Shown piece after piece: positions 16,924 through 26,757 of a stretch of 64,000 bases of DNA. A model generated the notes under the pieces. It had not been told where the DNA came from and searched no databases. It was given only the letters and a program-made list of their open reading frames with translations. Each line of letters opens with the position of its first letter. Position 1 is the first letter of the stretch. The DNA is taken from the NCBI GenBank assembly GCA_045613545.1, contig JAZLBD010000001.1:27332-91331 (forward strand), written 5' to 3'. The DNA comes from Christensenellaceae bacterium. GTDB lineage: Bacteria > Bacillota > Clostridia > Christensenellales > Borkfalkiaceae. The position numbers and the translations under genes were made by a program.

Positions 16924-18447
16924 TTACTTTTTGCTTTCATTCGGTTGCGGAGCAATCTTACCGGAAACTACCGCCAATACCTCTTCTTCCACTTTTTTAC
17001 TATCTGCAGGAACGACGTTTTTGAAACGGGGTTGCAAATAACGGAAACTTAAAAGAAATTTCGGAGGCTTTGCCGCCGTGAGCAAATTCAAACGCTTAAT
17101 CCCCTTAAAACTGTCTTTGACGTCCCCCGCCGCGAGGGTATAGAGGGATTCTTGCGGGAATTTATAGAAGTTTGCCACCGACAAAATCACCACTTTCGTC
17201 TTGTCCTTTTCGTCGCGTTTTTCCAACACCTTATCGCAAACGGCGGACGCCACGCCCGTGTGCGGATCCATCGCGTAGCCGTACTCTTCAAACACCTCGT
17301 AAATGGAATCCACCATTTCGTCCTCGGCGGAATACCCGGGGTAAATATCTTTGGTTATTTTTTGCCGTTCCTCTTCCGTCATAAGCTCGGCGCCGTCGGT
17401 AAGGAAGGCGTCCATCTTCTTTTTTGTCGCCGTCGCGTTTCTATCGGTCGCCTCAAAGAGGAAACGCTCCAAATTCGTGGGCAAACTCACGTCCATAGAC
17501 GGGGACATGGTATGGCGGAACACTCTGCTTAAATCAATCGTTCCTTTCTTGAAAAAGTCGAAATAAGCGCGGTTGCGATTGGTTGCGGAAAGAAGTTTGC
17601 GAATGGGAAGCCCCATTTTCTTCGCGTAGTAGCCCGCAATGAGTCCGCACCCGTTCCCAGCAGGCACGGAGACGTCGATGCGTTCTCCCTCTTTAATCTG
17701 CTCGGAGGACAATAAATCTAAATATGCGGAAAAATAGAAAGCGATATCGGGAAGAATACGTAAAATATTCGCAGAGGACGTCGTGGAAAGCGCGACGTTC
17801 TTTTCTTGCAACGCGCTTTCTAAGGTTTTTGAGAAAAACGCCTCTTTCACTACTCTATGGCATTCGGCAAAACCGCCGTCCACCCCCGTCACCGAGAGGT
17901 TGTCGCCGTCGGAAATACAAAGGCAAAGTTTTTGGAATCTGCCGATATTTTCTTCGGGATAGAAAGTAGCGACTTTCACGTGCGGATCGTCCTTAAAAAT
18001 TTCGGTGGTCGCCTTGCCTGCGTCTCCGCTCGTCGCGAGCAAAAACACGCGGTCACGCACGTCGCCCGTCGCTTCTTTACACTTCTCAAAAATCGGCGCG
18101 AATAGACAAAGGGACAAGTCCTCTTTAGCGCAAGTAGGGCCGTGGAAAAGTTCCAAATAATATTTACCCTCGTCCACGCGGATTAAGGGAACGGGATCTG
18201 TGCCCTCGAACGTCGCATAGGCTTTTTCGCATACCTCTTTCAAAAACTTCTCGTCGAAATCGAAGAATTTTTGCAAAATACGAGCGGTGCGCTCAGCGTA
18301 GCTCTCTTCGAGCATTTGATCGAGTTCTTCTTTGGAAATTACGGGAAAGGTTTCGGGCACGAACAAACCGCCGTCCTTAGGGTATCCCATAAGAACCGCC
18401 TCTTCTGCGCGTACTTTTTCTTTACTTCTCGTACTGATAAAATACAT
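16924..18447 (-). CDS. thrC: threonine synthase (long form)
   Basis: MYFISTRSKEKV...GGLFVPETFP N-terminus. About 500 aa, consistent with the long ThrC form. Confidence 0.8.
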   Translation of the reverse strand: MYFISTRSKEKVRAEEAVLMGYPKDGGLFVPETFPVISKEELDQMLEESYAERTARILQKFFDFDEKFLKEVCEKAYATFEGTDPVPLIRVDEGKYYLELFHGPTCAKEDLSLCLFAPIFEKCKEATGDVRDRVFLLATSGDAGKATTEIFKDDPHVKVATFYPEENIGRFQKLCLCISDGDNLSVTGVDGGFAECHRVVKEAFFSKTLESALQEKNVALSTTSSANILRILPDIAFYFSAYLDLLSSEQIKEGERIDVSVPAGNGCGLIAGYYAKKMGLPIRKLLSATNRNRAYFDFFKKGTIDLSRVFRHTMSPSMDVSLPTNLERFLFEATDRNATATKKKMDAFLTDGAELMTEEERQKITKDIYPGYSAEDEMVDSIYEVFEEYGYAMDPHTGVASAVCDKVLEKRDEKDKTKVVILSVANFYKFPQESLYTLAAGDVKDSFKGIKRLNLLTAAKPPKFLLSFRYLQPRFKNVVPADSKKVEEEVLAVVSGKIAPQPNESKK

Positions 18448-18485
18448 ATTCCACCTTTTACTCTACTTTATTTTTCAAACGGGTT

Positions 18486-18514
18486 AAAAAAAGCCGGACG
18501 GAACCCGTCCGGCT
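18486..18514 (-). terminator. intrinsic terminator
   Basis: 10-bp GC-rich stem agccggacgg / ccgtccggct with a 3-nt loop and a U-run on the minus strand (A-run 18486-18491). Confidence 0.7.
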
Positions 18515-18559
18515 TTCGTTCCTTGAATTCCAGCCGATCGAAACCGATGGGCAGGTTGA

Positions 18560-18967
18560 TTAGATGTACTTGTTTACGAAATCGGGAAGTTCTTCCTTAG
18601 ACGCGGACACGGATACGCAAATCGTCAAATCGTTTTCAGCCGCTACCTTGTCGAGCATATAGAAGAAACCGCCCATTTCAGCGATCGGCTTGCCTGCGAT
18701 ACGCATAGCGCCGTCGATATAGATATATTCGTTGTCGTGGTTTCCTGCAACGACCCCTTTCACGAATCCGCACAAAGCAGACTCGCCTGCAATATCGAAA
18801 TCAGAAGTGTCGATAAAACGGATTTCTCGTTCCAAATCATACATACAACGCTTGGTGTCGGTAATAAAGATCAAATGGCCTTTCGCCACGTCCACTGCTG
18901 CGTTTGCCGCATCTATCATTTGTTTCGTCTTACCCGTTCCTTTGGAACCGTAAATCACTTTTATCAT
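18560..18967 (-). CDS. small P-loop ATPase, unknown function
   Basis: 135 aa with Walker A YGSKGTGKTKQM. Confidence 0.45.
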   Translation of the reverse strand: MIKVIYGSKGTGKTKQMIDAANAAVDVAKGHLIFITDTKRCMYDLEREIRFIDTSDFDIAGESALCGFVKGVVAGNHDNEYIYIDGAMRIAGKPIAEMGGFFYMLDKVAAENDLTICVSVSASKEELPDFVNKYI

Positions 18968-19036
18968 ACTAAAAATCCTCCAACTAATTTTGGCTAAATT
19001 GCCGACCGATTTCTTGTTTTTCTTTCGGTCAATCTC

Positions 19037-19065
19037 ATTATAGCAAATTTTATTGCAAATTTCAA
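19037..19065 (-). promoter_or_regulatory. candidate sigma-A promoter for the 18967 gene
   Basis: Minus strand TTGAAA (19065-19060), 17-nt spacer, TATAAT (19042-19037). Confidence 0.45.
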
Positions 19066-19109
19066 GTCTTTGGAAAAAAATTTTTTATTTTTTTTCTTTA
19101 CTCCTTTTT

Positions 19110-20309
19110 TTACACGAGTTCCCTTACGAATTTAGCAATCCTTGTCGTCCCTTTTACGATCTCCTCTTCGGAAAGGGAATAGGAAAGGCGCACGCAATCG
19201 TCCGCGCCAAACGCCACCCCAGGGATAACCGCCACCTTTTCCCCTTCCAATAACAAAGAGGAAAAATCAACGGAATTTTCAATCGTTTTGCCGTGATAAC
19301 TCTTGCCGTACAAATCCCCCACTACGAGCATTACGTAGAAAGCGCCGTTCGGCTTTACGTAGCGCACTTCGGGGATTTTATCCAGCTCTCTTAAAATAAA
19401 TTCTCTTCTCCTCGCGAATACTTGCACCATACCGTCGATCTCTTCGCTTGTAGAGGCGAGCGCCTCAAGGGTTGCGTACTGCGAAATCGAACAAGCGTTG
19501 CTCGTCGAATGGCTTTGGAAAGAATCTATCGCTTTCGCCACGTCCGTAGGGGCGGCTAAATACCCCACCCGCCAACCGGTCATTGCGTACGTTTTGGAAA
19601 CGCCGTTGACCGTAATCGTCAAATCTTTCATCTTCTCTGAACAACGTGCAATCGAAAAAGGCTTGTACCCGTCGTAGCAAAGATGTTCGTAAATCTCGTC
19701 GGAAAGGACGAAAATATTATGCTTTTCGCACACTTTGGCAATCGCGCGCACCTCCTCTTCGGTATAGACCGCGCCCGTAGGGTTCGACGGGGAATTGAAA
19801 ATCAAGAGTTTCGTCTTGTCCGTGATCCCCTTTTCCAGCTCTTCCGCCGTCATTTTGAACCCGTTTTCTTTTTTCGTTTGCACGTATTTCGGAACGCCAC
19901 CGCACACTTTGACCGCCTCGGGATAGGTAAGCCAATAGGGAGCGGGAATAATCGCTTCGTCCCCCTCGTCTAAAAGAGCAAAACAGACGTTGAAAACGGA
20001 ATGTTTCGCGCCGTTTGACACGATAATTTGATCGGGGGTATATTCCAATCCGTTTTCCCGCAAAAACTTGTCGCAAATCGCCTTGCGAAGGGCGGGAAGC
20101 CCCGAAGACGGGGTATATTTCGTATATCCCTTGTCCATTGCCTCTTTCGCCGCTTGCACCACCCTTTCGGGCGTGTTAAAATCAGGCTCGCCAACCCCAA
20201 ACGAAACGACGTCCTCCCCTGCAAGTTTCAACGCTTTCGCTTTCGCCGTGATGGCGAGCGTGAGAGAGGGCGACACCGCCGATATTCTTTTCGCTACTCT
20301 TCTTTCCAT
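19110..20309 (-). CDS. aspB: PLP-dependent aspartate/aromatic aminotransferase (class I)
   Basis: 399 aa with VSKTYAMTGWRVGY (PLP-lysine region), SNGAKH and NSPSNPTG. Confidence 0.8.
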   Translation of the reverse strand: MERRVAKRISAVSPSLTLAITAKAKALKLAGEDVVSFGVGEPDFNTPERVVQAAKEAMDKGYTKYTPSSGLPALRKAICDKFLRENGLEYTPDQIIVSNGAKHSVFNVCFALLDEGDEAIIPAPYWLTYPEAVKVCGGVPKYVQTKKENGFKMTAEELEKGITDKTKLLIFNSPSNPTGAVYTEEEVRAIAKVCEKHNIFVLSDEIYEHLCYDGYKPFSIARCSEKMKDLTITVNGVSKTYAMTGWRVGYLAAPTDVAKAIDSFQSHSTSNACSISQYATLEALASTSEEIDGMVQVFARRREFILRELDKIPEVRYVKPNGAFYVMLVVGDLYGKSYHGKTIENSVDFSSLLLEGEKVAVIPGVAFGADDCVRLSYSLSEEEIVKGTTRIAKFVRELV

Positions 20310-20535
20310 ATTCTATAACCTCTGCCCGTGAAAATCCACCGCTATCTGCGAGATTTTTCTTTCGCATTTTTCTTTCTCGTATATTGTAGCTTGTTTTACA
20401 AAATAAAGCAATCATTCCCACCCCGTTTTTGCAAAGTTTTTTCATTTTTTCGATAAAAAACTACTTATCAATCGAAAAAATAAATTGATGTAATCAAAAA
20501 AATGGCGCGGGAGGAATTTCGCGCGCAAAATACAA

Positions 20536-20568
20536 CAAAAATCCCGTCGCACGACGAGGCGACGGGGG
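20536..20568 (-). terminator. intrinsic terminator after prfA
   Basis: Stem cccgtcgc (20543-20550) / gcgacggg (20559-20566), then a U-run on the minus strand. Confidence 0.6.
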
Positions 20569-20577
20569 ATTGCGTTT

Positions 20578-21648
20578 TTATGCAAGCGAAGAGGTGAGGA
20601 GCGCCTCTCTGTCGGCGAGAGAGAGCGCTTCTACCATTTCGTCGATTTCGCCCATAATGAATTTGTCGAGGTTGTATTCCGTTCTGCCGATTCTATGGTC
20701 GGTGACGCGATTTTGCGGAAAGTTATAGGTGCGAATACGCTCGCTACGATCCCCCGAACCTACGAGGGTTTTGCGGTTTTGGTCGCGCTCCGCCGAAGCC
20801 GTTCCGTTATAGAGGTCGTACAGTCTCGATCGCAACACCTTAAAAGCGCGCTCTTTGTTTTTCAGTTGCGAGCGCTCGTCTTGGCAGGTGACTACGATCC
20901 CCGACGGGAAATGGGTGATACGAACGGCAGACGCCACTTTATTGACGTTTTGCCCGCCTGCGCCTCCCGAATGGAAGATGTCGATACGGATATCTTTGTC
21001 CGCGATCTCCACTTCCACCTCTTCCGCCTCGGGAAGAACGGCAACCGTCGCCGTCGAGGTGTGGATACGACCTTGCGTTTCCGTTTCGGGTACGCGTTGC
21101 ACCCTATGCACCCCACTCTCGAATTTGAGGAGTTTATACGCCTCTTTCCCGGTCACGTTATACACCGCCTCTTTGACGCCTCCAAGTTCGGTGCGATTGA
21201 CGTACATCTCTTCGAGTTTGAGTTTGTGGCGCACACAATAATATTCGTACATACGGCAAAGGAGGGAGGCAAACAGCGACGCCTCTTCTCCGCCCGCGCC
21301 ACCGCGGATTTCCAAAATGCAATTCTTTTCGTCTCGCTTATCCTTGGGAAGAAGCAAAATTTTAAGCTCCTTTTCCAGTTCCACAAGCTTTTTTTTGCAA
21401 AGTTCGCCCTCTTTATAAAGCAACGTTTTCATTTCTTCGTCCGATTCCTCTTCGCTCATCGAAAAGGCGTCTTGCATTTCTTGACGGACTTTGCGGTATT
21501 CACGGTATTTTTCCACCGTTTCCAAAAGGTCGGCTTGCTCTTTCGATTCCTTTTGCCAAACGGTCATATCCGCAAGCACGGTCGGATCGGAAAGTCGTTC
21601 GGACAGATATTCGTATCGCTTTTCCATTTCGGCAAGTTTCAAAAACAT
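20578..21648 (-). CDS. prfA: peptide chain release factor 1
   Basis: GGAGGQNVNKVASAVRITH (GGQ motif) and the RF1-type tripeptide region RVPETETQGRIHTS. Confidence 0.95.
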   Translation of the reverse strand: MFLKLAEMEKRYEYLSERLSDPTVLADMTVWQKESKEQADLLETVEKYREYRKVRQEMQDAFSMSEEESDEEMKTLLYKEGELCKKKLVELEKELKILLLPKDKRDEKNCILEIRGGAGGEEASLFASLLCRMYEYYCVRHKLKLEEMYVNRTELGGVKEAVYNVTGKEAYKLLKFESGVHRVQRVPETETQGRIHTSTATVAVLPEAEEVEVEIADKDIRIDIFHSGGAGGQNVNKVASAVRITHFPSGIVVTCQDERSQLKNKERAFKVLRSRLYDLYNGTASAERDQNRKTLVGSGDRSERIRTYNFPQNRVTDHRIGRTEYNLDKFIMGEIDEMVEALSLADREALLTSSLA

Positions 21649-21663
21649 CGCCCGAGCCTCCCT

Positions 21664-23490
21664 TTAATATACGATTTTCACAAAACGATCGACGCCCTGC
21701 ATATCTTTGATGATGAGCGCGTAATCGCAATATTTGAACAGTTTTACAACTTGCTTTGCCTGACCTTGCCCCACTTCCGCGATGACCATACCGCCTTTGG
21801 CGATATACTTGCTCGCGTGTTCGGCGATTTGGCGATAATAATCGAGTCCGTCCTTCCCGCCGTCGAGCGCGAGTCGAGGCTCGTGGTCTTTCACTTCCCG
21901 TTGGAGGGTTTCAATTTCCGCCGACGGGATATACGGGGGATTGGTGACGATGATATTATATCTACCGCGTACCCGTTTGAATAAATCCGATTGCACGAAC
22001 TTGATTTCCGCCTCGTTAAACCGCGCGTTTTCTTGCGCGAGGAGGAGCGCCCCCTCGCTGATATCCGACGCCGTCACCGAAACCGTTTTGCCTTGTTTTT
22101 GCGCCTCTTTGAACACGGAAATCGCGATCGCGCCACTACCCGTGCAAAGATCGAGGATTTGATCGCCGTCCTCCGAGGCGTTGACGACCATCAACGCAAG
22201 CTCTTCCGTTTCCCTACGAGGAATAAGCACCCGTTCGTCCACTTTGATCTTATAGCCGTAGAAATCGGTGTCGCCAATGATATACCAAAGCGGTCTACCC
22301 GTTAAACGCTCTTCTACAATCTTCAAAATCTCTTTGACTTTTCCAAGCCGTAAAACTCTCTCTTCCGAGGCTACCGCGCTTTTTGGGATACCCATTTTAA
22401 TCGAGAAAATCCATTCCGCTTCGTCCTCTTCGATTTGCGAGTCCGCAAAGCGTTTTTTTGTATTCTCCAACAGCTCCGACATTTTACAAGGGGTGGCGAA
22501 AATCGTTTCGGGGAGGGACGGATCCGCGTCCATCGCAAGCACCCTTTCAAACGCCGTGACGGCGCATTCGATCATATCGTCCGTCGGCTCTTTCGTCGTC
22601 AAGCGTTGCAATAAAAGCCCCGGCCACTTGAGAACGAGAAAGAATTTCGATTTTGTCTTAGAAAGGGAGCGTAAAATTTCATAAGAAATCCCTGCAATCA
22701 CTGGCAATAACGTAAGCTTAAACGCAAAACGAATAAGGAAATCCCACGCTTTATTCCCCACGTAGATAAACGAACCGATGAAATAGTTCGCCAAGGAAAA
22801 CACGAGTACGCTCACGAGCATTACGAGGAATAAAAAGGTCGTACCACAACGGTCGTGCACCCGCGAGCAAGCACGGACGTTTTCCGTCGTGAGCGATTTG
22901 CCCTGTTCGTAGCAAGCGATCGTCTTATGCTCGGCGCCGTGATACATAAATACCCGTTTCAAGGTGGGAATGAGAGATATAAGCAAAATGTACAGCACGA
23001 AAATAGCGATGCGAATACCACCTTCTATCAAGTTAAACCATAGCCCGTCTTTGCCCGTCGTCCGCAATCCCGTAAATCCAACGATCCATTGCGGAAGCGC
23101 GATGAACAGCCCCAGCGCGAGCAAGATGCCGAGCACCATAGCGATCGTGTTGAAGATGCCGTCCACATTGATTTTATGTTGTTCCGCAAGCCATTTTTCC
23201 GCTTTCGTCGGCGTGTCGTCCACCGTTTCCGCGACCTCCGCCGAACGGAGAAGTACGCGGTTGCCAACGACGAGTGATTGCACGAAGTTTACGACGCCAC
23301 GAAGAAAAGGCAGTTTCGACGCCTTACTTCTTTTTTCGGGGGGAGCGAATCGCTCGCTTTCTACTTGGATTTTCCCCTCGGGGTCACGCACCGCCGTTGC
23401 CATAGACGCTTTTCCGCGCATCATAACCCCCTCTAAAACGGCTTGACCGCCGATCGAGGTTTTGTTGTTGTTTTTTTGATCTTTCGCCAT
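21664..23490 (-). CDS. prmC: fusion protein: DUF1385 membrane domain plus release-factor glutamine N5-methyltransferase PrmC
   Basis: The N-terminal ~310 aa are IGGQAVLEGVMMRG...YHGAEHKTI (DUF1385-like). The C-terminal half has ILDLCTGSGAIA and IVTNPPYIP (NPPY motif). Confidence 0.85.
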   Translation of the reverse strand: MAKDQKNNNKTSIGGQAVLEGVMMRGKASMATAVRDPEGKIQVESERFAPPEKRSKASKLPFLRGVVNFVQSLVVGNRVLLRSAEVAETVDDTPTKAEKWLAEQHKINVDGIFNTIAMVLGILLALGLFIALPQWIVGFTGLRTTGKDGLWFNLIEGGIRIAIFVLYILLISLIPTLKRVFMYHGAEHKTIACYEQGKSLTTENVRACSRVHDRCGTTFLFLVMLVSVLVFSLANYFIGSFIYVGNKAWDFLIRFAFKLTLLPVIAGISYEILRSLSKTKSKFFLVLKWPGLLLQRLTTKEPTDDMIECAVTAFERVLAMDADPSLPETIFATPCKMSELLENTKKRFADSQIEEDEAEWIFSIKMGIPKSAVASEERVLRLGKVKEILKIVEERLTGRPLWYIIGDTDFYGYKIKVDERVLIPRRETEELALMVVNASEDGDQILDLCTGSGAIAISVFKEAQKQGKTVSVTASDISEGALLLAQENARFNEAEIKFVQSDLFKRVRGRYNIIVTNPPYIPSAEIETLQREVKDHEPRLALDGGKDGLDYYRQIAEHASKYIAKGGMVIAEVGQGQAKQVVKLFKYCDYALIIKDMQGVDRFVKIVY

Positions 23491-23512
23491 ACTTTACCCT
23501 TTTTCAAAATGG

Positions 23513-23546
23513 AAAAAAGGGCTTTAAGATAATCACCTTAAAGCCC
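23513..23546 (-). terminator. intrinsic terminator after rpmE
   Basis: Stem gggctttaag (23519-23528) / cttaaagccc (23537-23546), with a U-run on the minus strand (A-run 23513-23518). Confidence 0.65.
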
Positions 23547-23561
23547 ACTTTCGTTCTTTTC

Positions 23562-23765
23562 TTACATACCGTATCTTTTCTTGAATTTATCGATACGTCC
23601 ACCAGCGTCTACCAGTTTTTGTTTGCCCGTAAAGAAAGGGTGGCAGTTGCTACAGATATCCACTTTCATGATATCGCCGTCTTTCGTCGTGCCCGTTTTG
23701 AACGTAGCACCACAAGCGCAAGTAACCGTGACTTCGTGGTAATTAGGATGTATTTCAGCTTTCAT
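23562..23765 (-). CDS. rpmE: 50S ribosomal protein L31 (Zn-binding type)
   Basis: [19 protein letters not shown]...[12 protein letters not shown]. Confidence 0.95.
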   Translation of the reverse strand: MKAEIHPNYHEVTVTCACGATFKTGTTKDGDIMKVDICSNCHPFFTGKQKLVDAGGRIDKFKKRYGM

Positions 23766-23982
23766 AATATTTCACCTCACTATTCGATTCGTGTGCTTTT
23801 CCATATAAATGCTCAATCATTATACCGCTTTTTTCGCGACTCGTCAACTGTTTTTGCGTGAATTTGTAAAAAATACTTGCAAATTTAGAAAAAATGCGGT
23901 ATACTGTTTTTGTTCGAAACTATTTCCGCGCTACCTCGCGAGAAAAAGTTTATATCAATTGAAACAAAAAGGACTTTTTGGT

Positions 23983-24972
23983 ATGAAATTTTGGCAACTT
24001 ACTTCCCCCAAACACTTACAGCACGCTTTAGACGATTCCGAACGGAAGCTCGTAGGTGGCGACGCAAAAGCAAAGATTACCAAGGCGCTCTTATCCGACT
24101 GGGACGTGAGCGGTTTCTTAGGGGAGCAAGACGGGAAATACCCCCGTTCGATCGGGCGGTTTGCGATCGGGCAAGTGACGGAAGCAAGCGACGATTGTTA
24201 TTTGAAAAAAGGCGATCGCGTATATCTTGCCGACGTGACCGAAGAAGACCACGAAATTTCTATTGCCGGCGCTACCGCCGAGGGTAGATTCGTCGATTTC
24301 GCCCTCATCAACGATACGAACGCCTACGTTCTCCCTTCGTCCGTGCAAGACGAATCGGCGTTTTTGATAGACGCCGTTGCCCTTGCAGAACACATCATCG
24401 ACGAGGCGCATATCTCTATCGGACAACACGTTCTCGTGGTCGGCGGAGGATTGTACGGCAACGTTTTATGCCAAATCCTCATCTATCATAGAGCAGTTCC
24501 CATCTTAGCGGATAACAACCCCGAACGGTTGGAGCGAGCGAAAAAATCGGGGATTTATTACACCTTCCCCAACGACGATACTCTTAAAAAGAACTTGCTC
24601 CAAGTGACGGGTGGAAAGCTTGCCGACGCCGCCGTATACTTAGCGTTTTCCAACAAAAGCGACCCCTCCGCACTCTTCTCGCTCGTATCGAGAAACGCTT
24701 GCGTGACGATCGCTTCTATGGCAAAGGAAAACCTTTCCGTAAATATGGAAAACGCGCTTAAAAACAACCTCACGGTGAAAGGAATTTCTTACAGCCACGA
24801 ATACGTGTCAACGGCGATCAATCTCCTTGCCAACAAAGCGGTCAGCTATAAAGAATTCTCCTATTTTACCCACCCCGAAGAAGAGCTCCCCTCCCTTTTG
24901 GACACGTATAGCACGCCGGAAAAGAGAGCCCAACTCACCGAGGAAATACACCTCGTAAAATTCGTTATTTAA
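23983..24972 (+). CDS. MDR (alcohol dehydrogenase-like) superfamily protein, apparently lacking the catalytic Zn ligands
   Basis: Rossmann motif VLVVGGGLYGNVLCQIL. I prefer ATG 23983 (MKFWQLTSPK) over the upstream-extended track ORF. Confidence 0.5.
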   Translation: MKFWQLTSPKHLQHALDDSERKLVGGDAKAKITKALLSDWDVSGFLGEQDGKYPRSIGRFAIGQVTEASDDCYLKKGDRVYLADVTEEDHEISIAGATAEGRFVDFALINDTNAYVLPSSVQDESAFLIDAVALAEHIIDEAHISIGQHVLVVGGGLYGNVLCQILIYHRAVPILADNNPERLERAKKSGIYYTFPNDDTLKKNLLQVTGGKLADAAVYLAFSNKSDPSALFSLVSRNACVTIASMAKENLSVNMENALKNNLTVKGISYSHEYVSTAINLLANKAVSYKEFSYFTHPEEELPSLLDTYSTPEKRAQLTEEIHLVKFVI

Positions 24973-24974
24973 GT

Positions 24975-25529
24975 ATGGAAAAATATATTATTGCATCGGA
25001 TATTCACGGCTCTAGTTATTGGTGCGCCCGCCTTTTGGACGCCATCGCGTTGGAAGAACCGACCAAAGTTATTTTGCTTGGCGATTTGCTCTACCACGGA
25101 CCTCGCAACCCCCTTCCCGACGGGCACAATCCCCAAGAAGTGGCGAAACTTTTGACGAGCGTGAAAAAAAAGCTCGTTTGCGTGCGTGGAAACTGCGACG
25201 CGGAAGTCGATCAAATGGTGCTTCCGTTCCCGATGATGGCGGATTACGCCCTTCTTTCCTTGCAAAACGGAAGAACGGTGTACGCCACCCACGGACATCT
25301 TGCCAACCCGAAAAATATCCCCCCGCTTGAAAAAGGAACTCTCCTCCTCAACGGACACACCCACGTCCCCACTTTTGAGAAATTAGACGGCGGAATTTTC
25401 TACGCCAACTGCGGATCGGTCGCTCTACCCAAAGAGGACACCCCCCACTCCTATCTCGTCCTTGAAGAGGATACTCTCTCTTGGAAAGATTTAGAAAGCG
25501 GTGGCGTTTTCGATATCGTAAAACTCTAA
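24975..25529 (+). CDS. yfcE: YfcE-type metallophosphoesterase
   Basis: IIASDIHGS, LGDLLYHGPRN, VRGNCD, THGH and NGHTH metallophosphatase motifs. Confidence 0.75.
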   Translation: MEKYIIASDIHGSSYWCARLLDAIALEEPTKVILLGDLLYHGPRNPLPDGHNPQEVAKLLTSVKKKLVCVRGNCDAEVDQMVLPFPMMADYALLSLQNGRTVYATHGHLANPKNIPPLEKGTLLLNGHTHVPTFEKLDGGIFYANCGSVALPKEDTPHSYLVLEEDTLSWKDLESGGVFDIVKL

Positions 25530-25538
25530 AATACTCCC

Positions 25539-25567
25539 CCACCCGTTTTTCGGGTGGATTTTTTTTG
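25539..25567 (+). terminator. intrinsic terminator after yfcE
   Basis: Stem ccacccg / cgggtgg with a ttttt loop, then a T-run at 25559-25566. Confidence 0.7.
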
Positions 25568-25680
25568 CATCTTTTCGCTTGCGCCGTTTTGCATATGCTT
25601 TTTTGCTCATTCGACGGGTTTTTCCCTTTTTTGATAGGAATTTTTTGTCGTATGCGCGCGCAGGCATACGAAAGAACAAT

Positions 25681-25707
25681 AAAAAAAATGACGAGAGATT
25701 TCGTCAT
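25681..25707 (-). terminator. weak intrinsic terminator overlapping the queH stop
   Basis: Stem atgacga (25688-25694) / tcgtcat (25701-25707), with a U-run on the minus strand (A-run 25681-25688). Confidence 0.4.
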
Positions 25708-26327
25708 TTTTCTTCTTTCTTTTTCCGTTTTTCTTCCGCCTCGATTTTGGAAAAACTGCAACCGCAAAAATCCTGCCGATAAAGACCGAACCGTTTGCTC
25801 CATTCCTGCGAGCGGTAATATCCGCCCCGTTTTTTGAAATCGGCAGGCAAAAACTCCACACCCACCTCTTTTGCATATTTCTCGCCGAGTTCGTTGAGCC
25901 ATTCGGCGTTTTTATAAGGACTCACGGAAAGGGTCGTCGCAAACATAGTAAACCCCTTTTCTTTTGCTACCTCCGCCGTCTTTTTGAGGCGTAGTCCGTA
26001 GCAAAGATAACAACGTTTTCCTCGTTCGGGTTCTTGTTCAAGTCCCTTGGAAAGCTCTAAAAACGCATCGACGTCGTGATCACAATCGAGGAATTTCGCC
26101 CAACCCGTCTCTTCTAAAAGACGAATTTGTTCCGCTTTACGTTTTTCATATTCCTCTTTTTCGTCGATATTCGGGTTGTAATAAAAAACCGTCACGTTCG
26201 CGTAGTCCTTGATTCGTTCTAAACAAGTAGTAGAACAGGGCGCGCAACAAGAATGTAGCAACACCGTTTGCGTTTTGCCCTCGCTTTGCAAGCGCTCCAT
26301 CATTTTTTCATCTGCGTTTACTCTCAT
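25704..26327 (-). CDS. queH: epoxyqueuosine reductase QueH (DUF208)
   Basis: VLLHSCCAPCS at the N-terminus and the conserved Cys pattern CYLCYGLR. About 200 aa. Confidence 0.75.
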   Translation of the reverse strand: MRVNADEKMMERLQSEGKTQTVLLHSCCAPCSTTCLERIKDYANVTVFYYNPNIDEKEEYEKRKAEQIRLLEETGWAKFLDCDHDVDAFLELSKGLEQEPERGKRCYLCYGLRLKKTAEVAKEKGFTMFATTLSVSPYKNAEWLNELGEKYAKEVGVEFLPADFKKRGGYYRSQEWSKRFGLYRQDFCGCSFSKIEAEEKRKKKEEK

Positions 26328-26388
26328 GGCCCTATTATATTCCTTTTCAAAAAAAATGTCAAGTTTTTAGAATTTTTTTTCTCTCCCC

Positions 26389-26417
26389 TTGACAAACGAG
26401 CCGAAAACGAGTATAAT
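26389..26417 (+). promoter_or_regulatory. sigma-A promoter of the rubredoxin gene
   Basis: TTGACA (26389-26394), 17-nt spacer, TATAAT (26412-26417). Confidence 0.6.
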
Positions 26418-26448
26418 AAGTATAATCTTAAATAGGAGGAAAAAAACG

Positions 26449-26604
26449 ATGAAATATATCTGCTCGGTTTGCGGATACGAATACGACGAAGAAGTCGGCT
26501 GTGAAGAAGCAGGCATTGCCCCCGGCACGACTTGGGAGAACGTTCCGGAAGATTTCACTTGCCCTCTTTGTGGCGTTGCAAAAGAAATGTTCGAAGCCAA
26601 CTAA
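26449..26604 (+). CDS. rubredoxin
   Basis: MKYICSVCGYEYDEE...DFTCPLCGVAKEMFE (two CxxC pairs). AGGAGGA lies 8 nt before ATG 26449. Confidence 0.9.
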   Translation: MKYICSVCGYEYDEEVGCEEAGIAPGTTWENVPEDFTCPLCGVAKEMFEAN

Positions 26605-26710
26605 TTTCCACGCATAGAAAAAACGAGCTTTCGCTCGAAAAATTTTTAGGCAAATAAAAAAGTCTAACATACTTTTTAGGGCGTCCAATAGAGATGATTC
26701 TCTTATAGGA

Positions 26711-26750
26711 AGTGGCACGGCGCAAAGCCGTGCCACTTCTCTTTTATTTT
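26711..26750 (+). terminator. intrinsic terminator after rubredoxin
   Basis: Stem agtggcacgg (26711-26720) / ccgtgccact (26728-26737), followed by tctcttttatttt. Confidence 0.75.
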
Positions 26751-26757
26751 AAGAGCC

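Noticed and set aside
20695-21984. 429-aa plus-strand ORF opposite prfA/prmC; similar cases at 33074-33976 opposite clpX, 42215-42970 opposite the YidC fusion and 45976-46482 opposite the LtaS-like gene
   Set aside because: These are antisense to genes with strong family signatures. Their composition is R/F/H-rich and none has an SD. They are treated as shadow ORFs.
25348-25902. Several overlapping R/K-rich ORFs in and around the yfcE-queH gap
   Set aside because: They overlap two terminators and the queH 3' end, have no SD, and show low-complexity basic composition.
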